A stretch of DNA of 64,000 nt from assembly GCA_951406725.2 (NCBI GenBank), contig OX597828.1:40982001-41046000 (forward strand), given 5' to 3'. Origin of the DNA: Octopus vulgaris (Eukaryota). Below the pieces are notes generated by a model. That model was not told the origin of the DNA. It ran no database searches and saw only the letters and a program-made list of their open reading frames with translations. Position numbers and translations under genes: made by a program. Numbering within the stretch: the first letter of the stretch is position 1; each line of letters opens with the position of its first letter. Positions 13,804-28,208 of this stretch are shown here, piece by piece.

Positions 13804-14639
13804 TGTGTGGAAGTTAACTAGTGCCTGAATAGAACCACTTCTTTGAAAGAAATTTCTTGGCTGTTACCATGGGATCCAGTAATGTGAGAACAGCTGCCAG
13901 TTTTGGGGTTGGTGGCTAGTTCCAGAATTAGGTCAGCCTTATTTTGACCATGTTTATATCCTTCATGAGTAGTGCCATCACTGAAATGGGTTGCTCTGTC
14001 ACTGGAATTCTTGCTGAATCTCCCCATCAGTACACTCTGGATAGAAAGCAACCAATATCCCAAGGCACCTCTGTGCATATTTACAATTACATACTTGCTG
14101 CTGGTCAAGCCTCTATGTTCCACTATTTCCTATTGCTGCAGAGTATTTTTTTTTTCCATAATGTGTTTCTCAAGAAGTTCAAATACATGAAATTGATTAG
14201 TGTGAGTGAAGTGTGCATGGAGTTTCATTTGTTTTTCGCAAAGAATAGCTTTCCTCTTGGTGACCAAGTGTTTGCCAGAACGACCAGTAGCTGTACAATC
14301 CTATGGTCTTTCCATCAGAGTATCTTTCTAGACTAAAGTGCAAACAAGAAATAGGTGTCTACTCCTGGGTGAGCTTTTGGTACACTCCATCATCATGAGT
14401 TGGCACACTCATTCACCGTCATGAATTTTTCTATGTCCCAGAGTAATTGTTAGACGTTTGACAGCCCTACATTGAGTTCATCTGTCCTTTGGAAAGAAAT
14501 TTATTTTCTTCTTCTTCTTACTAGCTTGTTTGCAACCTTCCTCACCAGGTAAATTTGATGGGGATGTCAGCTTAGTTCCTGATGACCCAACCTCGCAACA
14601 GGCTGTACTGGTTTGTGTCACCAGTGTAATGACTCCCCT

Positions 14640-14961
14640 TCAATCATGAATGACCATGGGATTGAACCTGGAAAGTTCCCTGAGGCATAAGTCCAGGCAA
14701 GGTTGTTTATGGAAGACCAGCAGTTGCCCATGCATACCAGCATCCCCTCTCCACACCACTGATGTTATCCAAGTAAAAGGGAAAGGCCGATACAGCTTGG
14801 CACGAGTGCTGTTGCAACTCGTTTCTACAGCTGAGTGAACCGGAGCAATGCGAAATAAAGTGTCTTGCTCAAGAAAACAACACACAACCCGGATCGGGAA
14901 TTGAACTCACTACCTCATGATTGTGAGCCTGACACTCTAACCACTGGGCCATGTGCCTTCA
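14640..14961 (-). mobile_element. tRNA-derived SINE with CORE-like domain
   Basis: Head GAAGGCACATGGCCCAGTGGTTAG, B box GAGTTCAATTCC, TTGAGCAAGACACTT; second copy at about 43120-43377. Confidence 0.8.
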
Positions 14962-15689
14962 CTTATACACACACATACACACAATAATATTATAGCCTTT
15001 ATATGTAGGCAAAGGTGTGACTGCAGGTGAGGTGTAGTTCCAGGTTCAGTCTGACTGTGTGGCATCTTGGGCAAGTATCTTCTACTATAGCCCCAACACT
15101 CCAAAAATAACTTACCCTGAAAGGGAAGAAACTCTAACCATTTCATAAGACACATTATGATGGGCAAAATATTTTAAAGTAAAAATGACTTCAAAAATAC
15201 TGTAAATATTTCGTAAAAGTCCTGTTCATAACCTCGGTGTGAGATTGTCTTTTTTCTATAGGTTTCTTTCGAGTGCATTCAAAATATCTTACCTCCAAAG
15301 ATTTGGCTGCTATTTCTAGCACACCCTGATACCAGGTAACAGCCATTTGCATTAAAGGACCTGAAATATCTGTTACGTAGTAGCAGTGCATGCAACAAAT
15401 AGCAGCCAAATCTTTTCTTTTCTGGGGAAAGGTGCCATTCATGTGTGATTTTGATGTTACGCTTGTTAAAAGCATGTGGAATAACATGGACAAGAGAAAA
15501 AGAACCACAAAACAAAACTCTGTTGCTGGGAAACTCAGACTTCCACAGTGACCCAATGGGTCATGGGTAGTCTATTATATATATATATATATGTGTGTTT
15601 GTGTCTATGTGACTGCTTCTCAGTACTACTACCTTGTAGTAAGGGAAGTAAACCTATGGTTCTTTAGCTCCATTAACATTAGATATGTA

Positions 15690-16072
15690 TACTCTTTACT
15701 CTTTTACTTGTTTCAGTCATTTGACTGCGGCAATGCTGGAGCACCGCCTTTAGTTGGCAAATCGACCCCAGGACTTGTTCTTTGTAAGCCTAGTACTTAT
15801 TCTATCGGTCTCTTTTGCCGAACCGTTAAGTTACGAGGACGTAAACACACCAACATCACTTGTCAAATGATGTTGGTGGGGACAAACATACACACAATAT
15901 ATATTTATATGGCGGGCTTCTTTCAGTTTCCGTCTACCAAATCCACTCACAAGGCTTTGGTCGGCCCGAGGCTATAGTAGAAGATACTTGCCCAAGGTGC
16001 CACACAGAGGAACTGAACCCGGAACCATGCGGTTGGTAAGCAAGCTACTTACCACACAGCCACTCCTGTGCC
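15690..16072 (-). mobile_element. Abundant tRNA-derived SINE with internal microsatellite
   Basis: Copies also at about 3345-4410 (+), 49780-50080 (-) and 56990-57360 (-); head TGTGGTAAGTAGCTTGCTTACCAACC..GGGTTCAGTTCC. Confidence 0.8.
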
Positions 16073-16094
16073 TATATATATCTTTATTTATTTA

Positions 16095-17014
16095 TTTAAA
16101 ATATAAGAGTGCATAAGATATTTTTATACACAAAGAGGAGACCATTGACAGGACTCCTTACATGCTAAAAAGGCCAGTTATAACCCAAGCCATGAGAAAG
16201 TGAATGAGGCATTCTACTTATGACACTAAAACAAACAAAAAATGATTTAGCTAATCCCAAACTTGAGTTTTGCTGTTAATTGCCAAATAAACTAGTTTGG
16301 AATCTATAGCTCGTCAGCAGAATCACTAATTAATGAATAATTATGTAGTTGAAAACGTGCGCAAGACAGCTTCATCTTTATCCATTTAAGGGTTTGAACT
16401 TAGTGTGGGAATGTAAGTATATATCCAGCAGTAAATAGAGAAATCTAAAGCTGTAGCCTATATAGCCTCAGAATTATAAATCTTATCATAAATATGAGGG
16501 TAATAAATTAAAATAATTTATTACCAGTAGTTAACATGCATAAATAAAAGTCAACAATATTTTTAAAAATATAAAGTGTATAAACTATTTTTATACACAA
16601 AGAGGAAACCATTGACAAGACTCCTTACATGTTAAAAAGCCCAGTTAAAACCCAAACCACAAAAAAGAAAATTCATGAGTCACGCTAATTATTAGACTAG
16701 AATGAACAAAAAAATAAATTAGTTAATCCCAAACTTGAGTTTCGCTATTAATTACCAAATAAACTAATTTGGAATCTGTAGCTTGTCAGCAGAATCACTA
16801 ATTAATGATTACTAATTAGCATGCCTCATGAATTCTCTTTTTCATGGTTTGGGTTCTAACTGGCCTTTTTAGCATGTAAGGAGTCCTGTCAAGGGTCTAC
16901 TCTTTCTGTATAAAAATATTTTTTATACTCTTATATTTTTAAAATGTTGTCTTGTGACTTTTATTTATGCGTGCTAACCACTGTTAATAAATTATTTTAA
17001 TTTATTACCCTCAT
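16095..17014 (-). mobile_element. Non-coding PLE remnant: tandem plus inverted pseudo-LTRs with two decayed hammerheads
   Basis: Direct repeats at about 16095-16335 and 16561-16808; 16812-17014 is the reverse complement of about 16494-16690; HHR-like motifs at 16253-16324 and 16725-16796. Confidence 0.75.
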
Positions 17015-17021
17015 TGTCACA

Positions 17022-18327
<1,306 letters not shown>

Positions 18328-18328
<1 letters not shown>

Positions 18329-21300
18329 CTAGGTTCCTCACAGGCAAGGAACGCAGGTACAAGATTTTCTGGGCAGGGAACACTACGGGGTTGGTGGTGT
18401 GGGTATACTTATATAAAGTAATTGAGGTAATCAGAGTATGTGACAGAATACTTAAGATTAGATTATCATATAGCAACCATATATCAGCCTATGCTCCTCA
18501 GTCGGGGCTACCCGATGGACAGAAAGACCGATTCTATGACACTCTACTGCAGACTACCTCGTTGACGAACGACAGAGACCTTATCTTTGTGGCTGGTGAC
18601 TTCAATGGTCACGTTGGACGACATGCTGGGGGCTTCCATGGTGTACATGGAGGCTATGGCTCCCGCAACGAGGAGGGTACCAGGCTGCAGAGTTCTGCGA
18701 TGCAAATAATCTTATGATTTGCAACACTAACTTCAGGAAACCTACCAGCCACCTAGTCACTTACCAATCGGGCCAAATAACATACCAGCCAAATTGACTA
18801 CATCCTTACAAGGCAAAGGGAGAGATGGCTGCTTATAAATGCCAAAACCTTCCCAGGTGAAGAATGTACCCCACAACATAGACTGGTAGTTAGTGACTTT
18901 AGGATCAGGACTAGGAGGACAACCAGAAGACGACAAATATGGAGAAGAAGGATCTGGAAGCTTAAAGATCCTGCAAATGGACAGAGATTTAGGGACATAT
19001 TACTTGAAGCCTCTGACGAAGTAGAAGGGGATAGAGCATCACAGGGGGTAGAAGACAGCTGGACGTTTCTAAGGGACAACCTGCTGAGAGCCACTGACCA
19101 GATCTGTGGCTGGTGCAAAGTCCCCTCTCGACCTAGAATAACGTGGTGGTGGAACAATATTGTAGACAGGGCTATTAGAGAAAAGAGACAGGCTTGGAAG
19201 GTCTGGAAAAATGGGGGTAGCAGGGGATTGTATCAGACTGCCAAAAGAGAAGCTAGGAGACAGGTTTATTTAGCCAGAGGGGAAGCAGATAAGAAAAATT
19301 TGCCAATGTTCTGCGCTGTGAGGACCAAAGACTGGAGGTGTTTCGTGTTGCAAGACAGTGTGTGAGAGAGAATCGTGATGTGGTAGGAGAGAAGTGTGTT
19401 CGCATGGAAGATGGTTCACTTGCGCTAAATGAGGATGCAAAGAGAGAGGTATTTGAGATGCCACTATGAAAGGTTGCTGAATGAAGAAAATGAATGGGAT
19501 AAAGAGAGTCTGCCGAATGTTGACCCAACAGAGGGACCAGCTATCCGAGTTGATAGTTCCGTGGTAGCTAAGGCAATTAGAAGCATGAAGACAGGGAAAG
19601 CCCCAGGCCCATCAGGAATCACTGCAGAGATGCTCAAAATGTCTGGTAGTGTCGGCTATAGCCTAGTCACCCGTATAGTTAATCAGGTGATACACAAAGG
19701 GGTCATACCCAATGACTGGTGTAGCAGTATAATAGTCAACTGCTACAAAGGTAAAGGTGATGCCCTAGATACAAATAACTACAGAGGTATCAAGCTGTTG
19801 GACCAGGTGATGAAGGTTACGGAGAGGGTCATAGCCCAACTAATTAGAGAGAGAGTTAGTTTAGATGAGATGCAGTTTGGGTTTGTGCCAGGGAAAAGTA
19901 CTACTGATGCTATATTCCTGGTAAGGCAGCTGCAGGAGAAATACCTAGCCAAAGATAAGCCCCTGTACCTGGCTTTTGTTGACATGGAGAAAGCCTTCGA
20001 CAGGGTCCCCCGATCCCTTATCTGGTGGGCAATGAGGAAACTAGGGATAGATGAATGGTTAGTGAGAGCTGTGCGGGCCATGTACAGGGACGCCGCTAGT
20101 AGGGTGAGGGTTGGAAATGTGTACAGTGAAGAATTCCGGGTAGAGGTAGGAGTCCACCAAGGCTCAGTACTCAGCCCCTCCTATTTATCATAGTCCTCCA
20201 GGCAATAACGGAGGAATTCAAGACAGGATGCCCTTGGGAGCTCCTCTATGCTGATGACCTTGCTCTAATTGCTGAGTCGCTATCAGAACTGGAGGAGAAG
20301 TTTCAGGTGTGGAAACAAGGATTAGAATCGAAGGGCCTCAGAGTCAATCTAGCTAAAACCAAAGTCGTAATCAGTAGGAAGGTAGACAAATCACAAACAC
20401 CTTCAGGTAGATGGCCCTGCTCGATCTGTAGAAAAGGTGTAGGTAGAAACTCTATAAGATGCACCAAGTGTAAGCTATGGACACATAAGAGATGCAGCAA
20501 TGTCAAAGGAAGGCTAACTAGGAAGATGGTTTTTGTATGTGGCAGATGCTCAGGAACAATAAACACTGAAAATGCTCTGAGACCAACTTCCGTCACTTTC
20601 CAGGAGAAAAACTAGAAATAGTTGATAGTTTCCGTTACCTAGGTGACCAAGTCAGCAGCGGGGGCGGGTGTGCTGAAAGTGTAACTGCTAGAGTAAGAAT
20701 AGCTTGGGCAAAGTTCAGAGAGCTCTTACTCTCTGCTGGTGACAAAAGGCCTCTCGCACAGAGTGAAAGGCAGACTGTATGATGCGTGTGTACGAACAGT
20801 CATGCTACATGGCAGTGAAACATGGGCCGTGACTGCTGAGGATATGCGTAAGCTCGCTAGAAATGAAGCCAGTATGCTCCGATGGATGGGTAATGCCGGT
20901 ACTCACACTCGGCAGTGTAAGTACCTTGAGAGAAAAGCTGGACCTAAGAAGCATCAGTTGTGGTGTGCAAGAGAGACGTTTGCGCTGGTATGGTCATGTG
21001 GCGAGAATGGATGAAGATAGTTGTGTGAAAAAGTGCCACACCCTAGCGGTTGAGGGAACCTGTGGAAGAGGCAGACCCAGGAAAACCTGGGACGAGGTGG
21101 TGAAGCACGACCTTCGAACTTTAGGTCTCACTGAGGAAATGACTAGAGACCGAGACCTCTGGAAGTGTGCTGTGCGCGAGAAGACCCGGCAGGACAAGTG
21201 AGTCCATAACCCGTGGCCTTCTACATGGGATGGAGCCAGCCTACATATGCATACCTTCCCTTCTTGGGACACAAAACTCTACTTGTGAAGACGTGATGAG

Positions 21301-21808
21301 GCAAGTGAGGATCAGAATCGAAATCGATCAATGGAAATTGCGGATGTGCTACCAGTGCCGGTGGAATGTCAAAACTCTGCTTGTGAAGACCCGTTGAGGC
21401 AAGTGACGATCAGAATCGAAATCGATCAATGGAAATCGATCAATGGAAATTGCAGATGTGTTACCAGTGCCGGTGGCATGTAAGAGAACTTTCCGTTTCG
21501 CGACCGTTGCCAGCACCGCCCCGTTTCGTGTCCGTTGCCAGCCTCGCCTGGCCCTCGTGCCGGTGGCACATAAAAAGCACCATCCGTTCGTGGCCGTTTG
21601 CCAGCTCTGTCTGGCACCAGTGCGGGTGGCACGTTCTAAAAAGCACCCACTACATCACGGAGTGGTTGACGTTATAGGGCATCCATATAGAAATACTGCC
21701 AGATATGATGGGCCTATATAGCCTATCTGGCTTATAGACCCCAGTAGAACCGTCCAACCCATGCTAGCATGGAAAACGGACGCTAAATATGATGATGATG
21801 ATGATGAT
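18328..21808 (+). mobile_element. RTE-clade LINE, 5'-truncated and frameshifted (APE + RT with PHD insert + modular 3'UTR + (GAT)n tail)
   Basis: APE motifs SAYAPQ and GDFNGHVG; RT motifs KAPGPSG, NYRGIKLL, QFGF, FVDMEKAFDRV, GVHQGSVLSP and YADD (about 20247); C-terminal RLRWYGHV and GRGRPRKTW; stop at 21201; several frameshifts. Confidence 0.95.
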
Positions 21809-22203
21809 ATACATATATGTATATATATATATATGTATATATATATGTATATATATGTATATACGTATATGTATATATATATGTATATATATATATGTAT
21901 ATACGTATATGTATATATATATGTATATATATATGTATATACGTATATGTATATATATATGTATATATATATACGTATATGTATATATATATGTGTATAT
22001 GTATATATATATGTATATACGTATATATATATATATATATATACGTATATGTATATATATATGTATATACGTATATGTATATATATATATATACGTATAT
22101 GTATATATATATGTATATATGTATATGTATATATATATGTATATATATATGTATATATATATGTATATATGTATATGTATATATATATGTATATACGTAT
22201 ATG

Positions 22204-22258
<55 letters not shown>

Positions 22259-22361
22259 GTATATATATATGTATATATATATGTATATATATATGTATAT
22301 ATATATATATACGTATATGTATATATATATGTATATACGTATATGTATATATATATATACG

Positions 22362-22393
<32 letters not shown>

Positions 22394-22768
22394 CGTATAT
22401 GTATATATATATGTATATACGTATATATATATATATGTATATACGTATATGTATATATATATGTATATACGTATATGTATATATATATGTATATACGTAT
22501 ATATATATATATGTATATACGTATATGTATATATATATATGTATATACGTATATGTATATATATATGTATATACGTATATATATATATATATGTATATAC
22601 GTATATGTATATATATATGTATATATATATATATATAGTATATATATGTATATATATATATGTATATATATGTATATACGTATATGTATATACGTATATG
22701 TATATATATATGTATATATATATATATATATACGTGTGTGTATGTATATATATATATTATGTATGTAT
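21809..22768. repeat. (TA)n array with ATACGTATATGT units
   Basis: Directly visible. Confidence 0.95.
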
Positions 22769-23341
22769 GACTGAGACCTTTGGAAATATGCTCTACTTGA
22801 GAAGACCCAGCAAGCCAAGTGAAACCATAACTGTGGCCTATGCCATTGTATAAGAGTACCCTTCAATAATTGGACAATAAACTACACTTTCAAAGACCTG
22901 TTGAGGCAAGTGAAATCATTGTTGTGGCCCATGACAGTACCACCTGATTGGCACCCGTGCCAGTGGAATGTTAAAGGCACCATTCGAGCATGGTCGTTGC
23001 CAGGGCTACTGACTGGCTCCTGTGCTGGTGGAGTGTAAAAAGCACCATTTGAGCATGATTGTTGCTAGCATTGCCTGAAGAGCTCCTGTGCCGGTGGCAC
23101 AAAATAAGCACTATTGGAGCATGGTGGTTGCCAGTGCCACTTGACTAGCCTCTGTGCAGGTGGCACATAAAAAGCACCCACTACACTCTCAGTGGTTGGC
23201 GTTAGGAAAGACATCCAGCTGTAGAAACATGGCCAGATCAGATTGAAGCCTGGTGCAGCCTTCTGGCTCGCCAGCCTTCAGTCAAACCGTCCAACTCATG
23301 CCAGCATGGAAAGCAGACATTAAACGACGATGATGATGATG
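22768..23341 (+). mobile_element. Older RTE 3' fragment (end of ORF + 3'UTR modules + (GAT)n)
   Basis: GACTGAGACCTTTGGAAATATGC matches the end of the RTE ORF; degenerate ~60-bp modules follow. Confidence 0.8.
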
Positions 23342-23639
23342 AGATTGGTGTTGATAGGATATTGTCTAATTATGGGTGGATTGGTGTAAACGGTGCGAAC
23401 TAAGTGCCATTAGTCATTTTTGCATGCGAAGGAATAAGTGGGAGTGGAAGGTTGACCTAGACCTAACCCTCTGCAAAAAGGTGAAGCTGTTGGAGGGGGG
23501 GTGTCCATGTTTTTGCAGTTTACTTGATAGAACTGCCATTACATAGGAGCTTTTTAGCTGTAAAACCAAGGAAATTGAACTTTCCAGTAAAACGTTTTCT
23601 ACCGTGCAACTTTGCAAAAATGCGAAAAAACAATTTCTT

Positions 23640-24550
23640 TCTGAGGACATGCGTAAGCTCACAAGGAATGAAGCCAGTATGATCCGGTGGATGTGTAATG
23701 TCAGTGTGCATACTTGACAGAGTGTAAGTACCTTGAGAGAAAAGTTGGACCTAAGAAGCATCAGATGTGGTGTGCAAGAGAGACGACTGCACTAGTATAG
23801 TCATGTGGCGAGAATGGATGAGGATAGCTGTGTGAAAAAGTGCCACACCCTAGTGGTTCAGGGAACCTGTAGAAGAAGTAGACCCAGGAAGGCCTGGGGA
23901 AGTGGTGAAACACGACCTTCGAACATTAGGCCTTACCGAGGCAATGACTTGTGACTGAGACTTTTGGAAATATGCTGTGCTCAAGAAGACCCAGCAAGCC
24001 AAATGAAACCATAACCTCGTTGCTTATGCCAGCGGTGTAACCAGCCCACTTACGCGTACCTTTCCTTCATTGGACACTAAACTCTGCTTGCGAAGACCTG
24101 TTGAGGCAAGTGTAACTGAAATCAATTTTGATGACTGGCATCCGAGTGTGGTCGTTGCCAGAGCAGCTGACTGGTTTCCGTGCCGGTGGCATGTAAAAAG
24201 CACCATTCGAGCACAATTGTCACCAGTGTCGCCTTACTGGCACTTGTGCCGGCGGCATGTGAAAAAGCATTTGAGTGAGGTCATTGCCAGTGCCTCTGGA
24301 CTGGCTCCTGTGCAGGTGGCAAGTAAAATAACACCATTTAAGCGTGGCTGTTGCCAGTACCGCCTGACTGGCCCTCATGCCGGTGGTATGTAAAAGCGCA
24401 CATTACACTCTTGGAGTGGTTGGCGTTAAGAAGGACATCCAGCTGTAGAAACTGTGCCAGATCAATATTAGAGCCTGGTGCAGCCATCTGGTTCGCCAGT
24501 CCAACCCATTCTAGCATGGAAAGCGGATGTTATATGATGATGAGGATGAT
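23640..24550 (+). mobile_element. RTE 3' fragment
   Basis: Clearly similar to 20835-21200 (CTGAGGACATGCGTAAGCTC...), followed by 3'UTR modules and a GAT tail. Confidence 0.88.
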
Positions 24551-24779
24551 CATGATTTATATGTATATATATATATGTATGTATATGTATATATATATGT
24601 TTATATATGTATATATATATGTATTTTGTATATATGTATATGTATATATATGTTTATATATATATATATGTATATATATATGTATTTTGTATATATGTAT
24701 ATGTATATATATGTTTATATATATATATATGTATATATATATGTATGTATATATATATATGTATGTATGTATATGTATG

Positions 24780-24975
24780 TCGCGTGTGTACTGTTGGTGA
24801 TTTTTCTTCCTCTGTCTTCCCTTCTCTGGATCTTTCCTTCTCCTATGTTTCCGACGAAGAGCTCCGCTTGAAACGTTAAACCTTCCTTCTTTCCTGAGCG
24901 TCCAATAATACTATATTTGTTCCACGTCATCACGTTGTTGTGTTTTTTTGTGCTTTCATGCTTGGATTAACTGTA
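24780..24975 (+). mobile_element. PLE pseudo-LTR fragment with variant minimal hammerhead (24847-24881)
   Basis: GTTT-CCGACGA-AGAGCTCCGCTT-GAAAC-GTT-AAAC, flanked by TA arrays. Confidence 0.6.
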
Positions 24976-24989
24976 TATATATGATGATG

Positions 24990-26070
24990 ATATATATATA
25001 TATATGTATGTATGTATGTATGTATATATGTATGTATATATGTATGTATGTATATATGTATGTATGTATATATGTATGTATGTATGTATGTATATATGTA
25101 TGTATGTATGTATGTATATATGTATGTATGTATATATATATGTATTTGTATATATATGTATGTATATATATATGTATGTATATATATATATGTATTTGTA
25201 TATATATGTATGTATATATATATGTATTTGTATATATATGTATATATATATGTATTTGTATATATATGTATGTATATATATATGTATTTGTATATATATG
25301 TATATATATGTATATATATATGTATTTGTATATATATGTATGTATATATATATGTATTTGTATATATATGTATGTGTATATATATGTATGTATATATATA
25401 TGTATTTGTATATATATGTATGTATATATATATGTATTTGTATATATATGTATATATATATATGTATTTGTATATATATGTATGTATATATATGTATTTG
25501 TATATATATGTATGTATATATATGTATTTGTATATATATGTATTTGTATATATATGTATGTATATATATATGTATTTGTATATATATGTATATATATATG
25601 TATTTGTATATATATGTATGTATATATATATGTATTTGTATATATATGTATGTATATATATATATGTATTTGTATATATATGTATGTATATATATATATG
25701 TATTTGTATATATATGTATGTATATATATATGTATTTGTATATATATATGTATATATAGATAAAACTATAGATAAAACTAGATAAAATGAAATAAAATAA
25801 ATATATATGTATTTGTATATATATATATATATCTATATATGTATTTATATATGTATATGGATGTATATATATATGTATATGGATGTATATATATATGTAT
25901 ATGGATGTATATATATATATGTATATGTATGTATATATATATATATTATCTATGTGTATATATATGTGTGTATAGATGTTTGTACATATGTGTATATGTG
26001 TGTATATATGTGTGTGTGTATAGATGTTTGTATATGTGTGTATATATATATATATATGTATGTATATATA
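24990..26070. repeat. TA array with TATGTATTTGTATA higher-order units
   Basis: Directly visible. Confidence 0.95.
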
Positions 26071-26326
26071 TGGGTATATGAGGAAAAATCACCCTTTTAG
26101 TATCAGGAAAGAAAGGAAGATATGTATTTGAATTATTCTTGTTATACATCACTTGATTTTACATGGTTTACATATATACTAATTCATATTTATAATGTAT
26201 AATTTATAAATTTTAATCAATATTACAAAGTATCTTAATTTTTTACTTTTAACTTATAATTTTTAATGCTTAATTGTATTGCTTATTTTTAAAGGGATGT
26301 GAAATTAGATATATTTTTTTGAAATA

Positions 26327-26448
26327 GAACCTGAAGATGTGTTGGAATATTTGTAAATCTGACAATTGCATATATGTATTTATATAGGTATACAGTTGTG
26401 TATATGTATATATATTGTAATCTTCCAATATTGAAACAGGTGTTGTTC
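26327..26448 (+). ncRNA. PLE-type type-I hammerhead-like motif with long stem II (partly degenerate)
   Basis: GAAC-CTGAAGA-TGTGTTGGAA...TTCCAATATT-GAAAC-AGGT-GTT-GTTC; stem I GAAC/GTTC; inside an AT-rich pseudo-LTR-like segment at about 26070-26660. Confidence 0.6.
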
Positions 26449-26662
26449 CTTCATATTTGATAAATATAAGTATTAACTAAAGTATGATATAATTAATGAT
26501 ATTATATACCCCGCTGGTAATTTTGGTTATGTAACCTTTAAGTTTTATTTCATTATATGCAGACAGATACCATGAGTTTACTGTCAGATATACTCATTAG
26601 ATTATTTTCGTATTATCTCAAATAGAATACCCGCATATCGATTAATCCCCAATAATTGAATA

Positions 26663-26693
<31 letters not shown>

Positions 26694-27247
26694 TATGTAT
26701 GTATATATATGTATGAATATATTTTATGTATATATATATATATACAGTATGTGTATGTATGTATCATATGTCATCATCATCATCGTTTAACGTCCGCTTT
26801 CCATGGGTTGGATGGTTCGACCGGGGTCTGGGAAGCCAGGTGACTGCACTAGGCTCCAGTCTGATCTCACAGTGTTTCTACAGCTGGATGCCCTTCCTGA
26901 TGCCTACTACTTCGTGAGTGTAGTGAGTACTTTTTATGTGCCACCAGCACTGGGTCCAGAGGAGGCTGTCAACAGTCACAATCACTTGATGCTTTTTATG
27001 TGCCACCGGCATGGAAGCCAGCCAAGGCAGTGCTGGCATTGGCCACGTTCGGATGGTGCTTTTTACATGCCACCGGCAAAGTTATCACAATTAAAATTTC
27101 CATTTGACTTTTATTTTGATGTACTTGACTCAATAGATCTCCTCAATATATATATTTATGAAATGTATGTATATGATATATATTTGTATATTATGTATGC
27201 GTATAATATATATATATTTATATTATGTATGTATATAGTATAATAAT

Positions 27248-27336
27248 ATGCAGCTGAAGATTGCTCTACATTTTAAATTGATGTAATGTTTGCATTGTTC
27301 AATTAAATGGAGTTGCATGAAACGATCGTACTGCAT
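27248..27336 (+). ncRNA. Intact minimal type-I hammerhead ribozyme (PLE-type)
   Basis: ATGCAG-CTGAAGA-[extended stem II]-GAAAC-GATC-GTA-CTGCAT; 6-bp stem I, palindromic loop 3, GUA cleavage triplet. Confidence 0.8.
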
Positions 27337-27423
27337 TACCTCTGGATATCCTTGTTGCTTATTTTAATTATATATATATATACATGCATACACACATTTT
27401 CATATATACTAAGTATGCATGTA

Positions 27424-27472
<49 letters not shown>

Positions 27473-27524
27473 TTTATACGTGTAGGGCCTAATGCAGTTT
27501 TGCACCTCTCCTTGAAAAATTCAT

Positions 27525-27732
27525 TTATATATGTATGTATATATGTATGCATATATGTATGTATATATGTATGCATATATGTATGTATATATGTATGCAT
27601 ATATATATGCATATATGTATGCATATATGTATGTATATATGTATATATATATATGTATATATATGTATGTATATATGTATATGTATATATGTATATATAT
27701 ATATATATGTATGTATGTATATATGTATGTAT

Positions 27733-27763
<31 letters not shown>

Positions 27764-27768
27764 TATAT

Positions 27769-27832
<64 letters not shown>

Positions 27833-27863
27833 GTATGTAAATATATGTATGTATATATGTATG

Positions 27864-27924
<61 letters not shown>

Positions 27925-28061
27925 GTTTGTATATATGTATGTATATATATGTATATATATATATATGTATATATATGTATGTATATATATATGTATATAT
28001 ATGTATGTATATATATATGTATATATATGTATGTATATATATATGTATATATATGTATGTA
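27525..28061. repeat. TA/TATG array flanking the Penelope element
   Basis: Directly visible; a similar array lies on the other side (31027-31420). Confidence 0.95.
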
Positions 28062-28128
28062 TAGAACATTATTGGTGAATTGAAGAAATGGAGCTGAACG
28101 CAGATTGAACAGAAATCGTTTTATTTCA

Positions 28129-28208
28129 TTCTACACGTGTTTCGAAAGGCACAAACTACCAAAATCCGATGGAATAATGGGACCATATTGTGTCTTTCTC
28201 TTCAGGAA
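28129..28208 (-). ncRNA. Intact minimal hammerhead ribozyme in the PLE 3' pseudo-LTR
   Basis: Minus strand: TTC-CTGAAGA-GAAAGACACAA...TTGTGCCTTTC-GAAAC-ACGT-GTA-GAA; ~11-bp stem II, palindromic loop 3. Confidence 0.85.

Noticed and set aside
13818-14530. Possible decayed DNA-transposon coding sequence
   Set aside because: Only faint motif resemblance across broken frames; cannot be assigned without a search.
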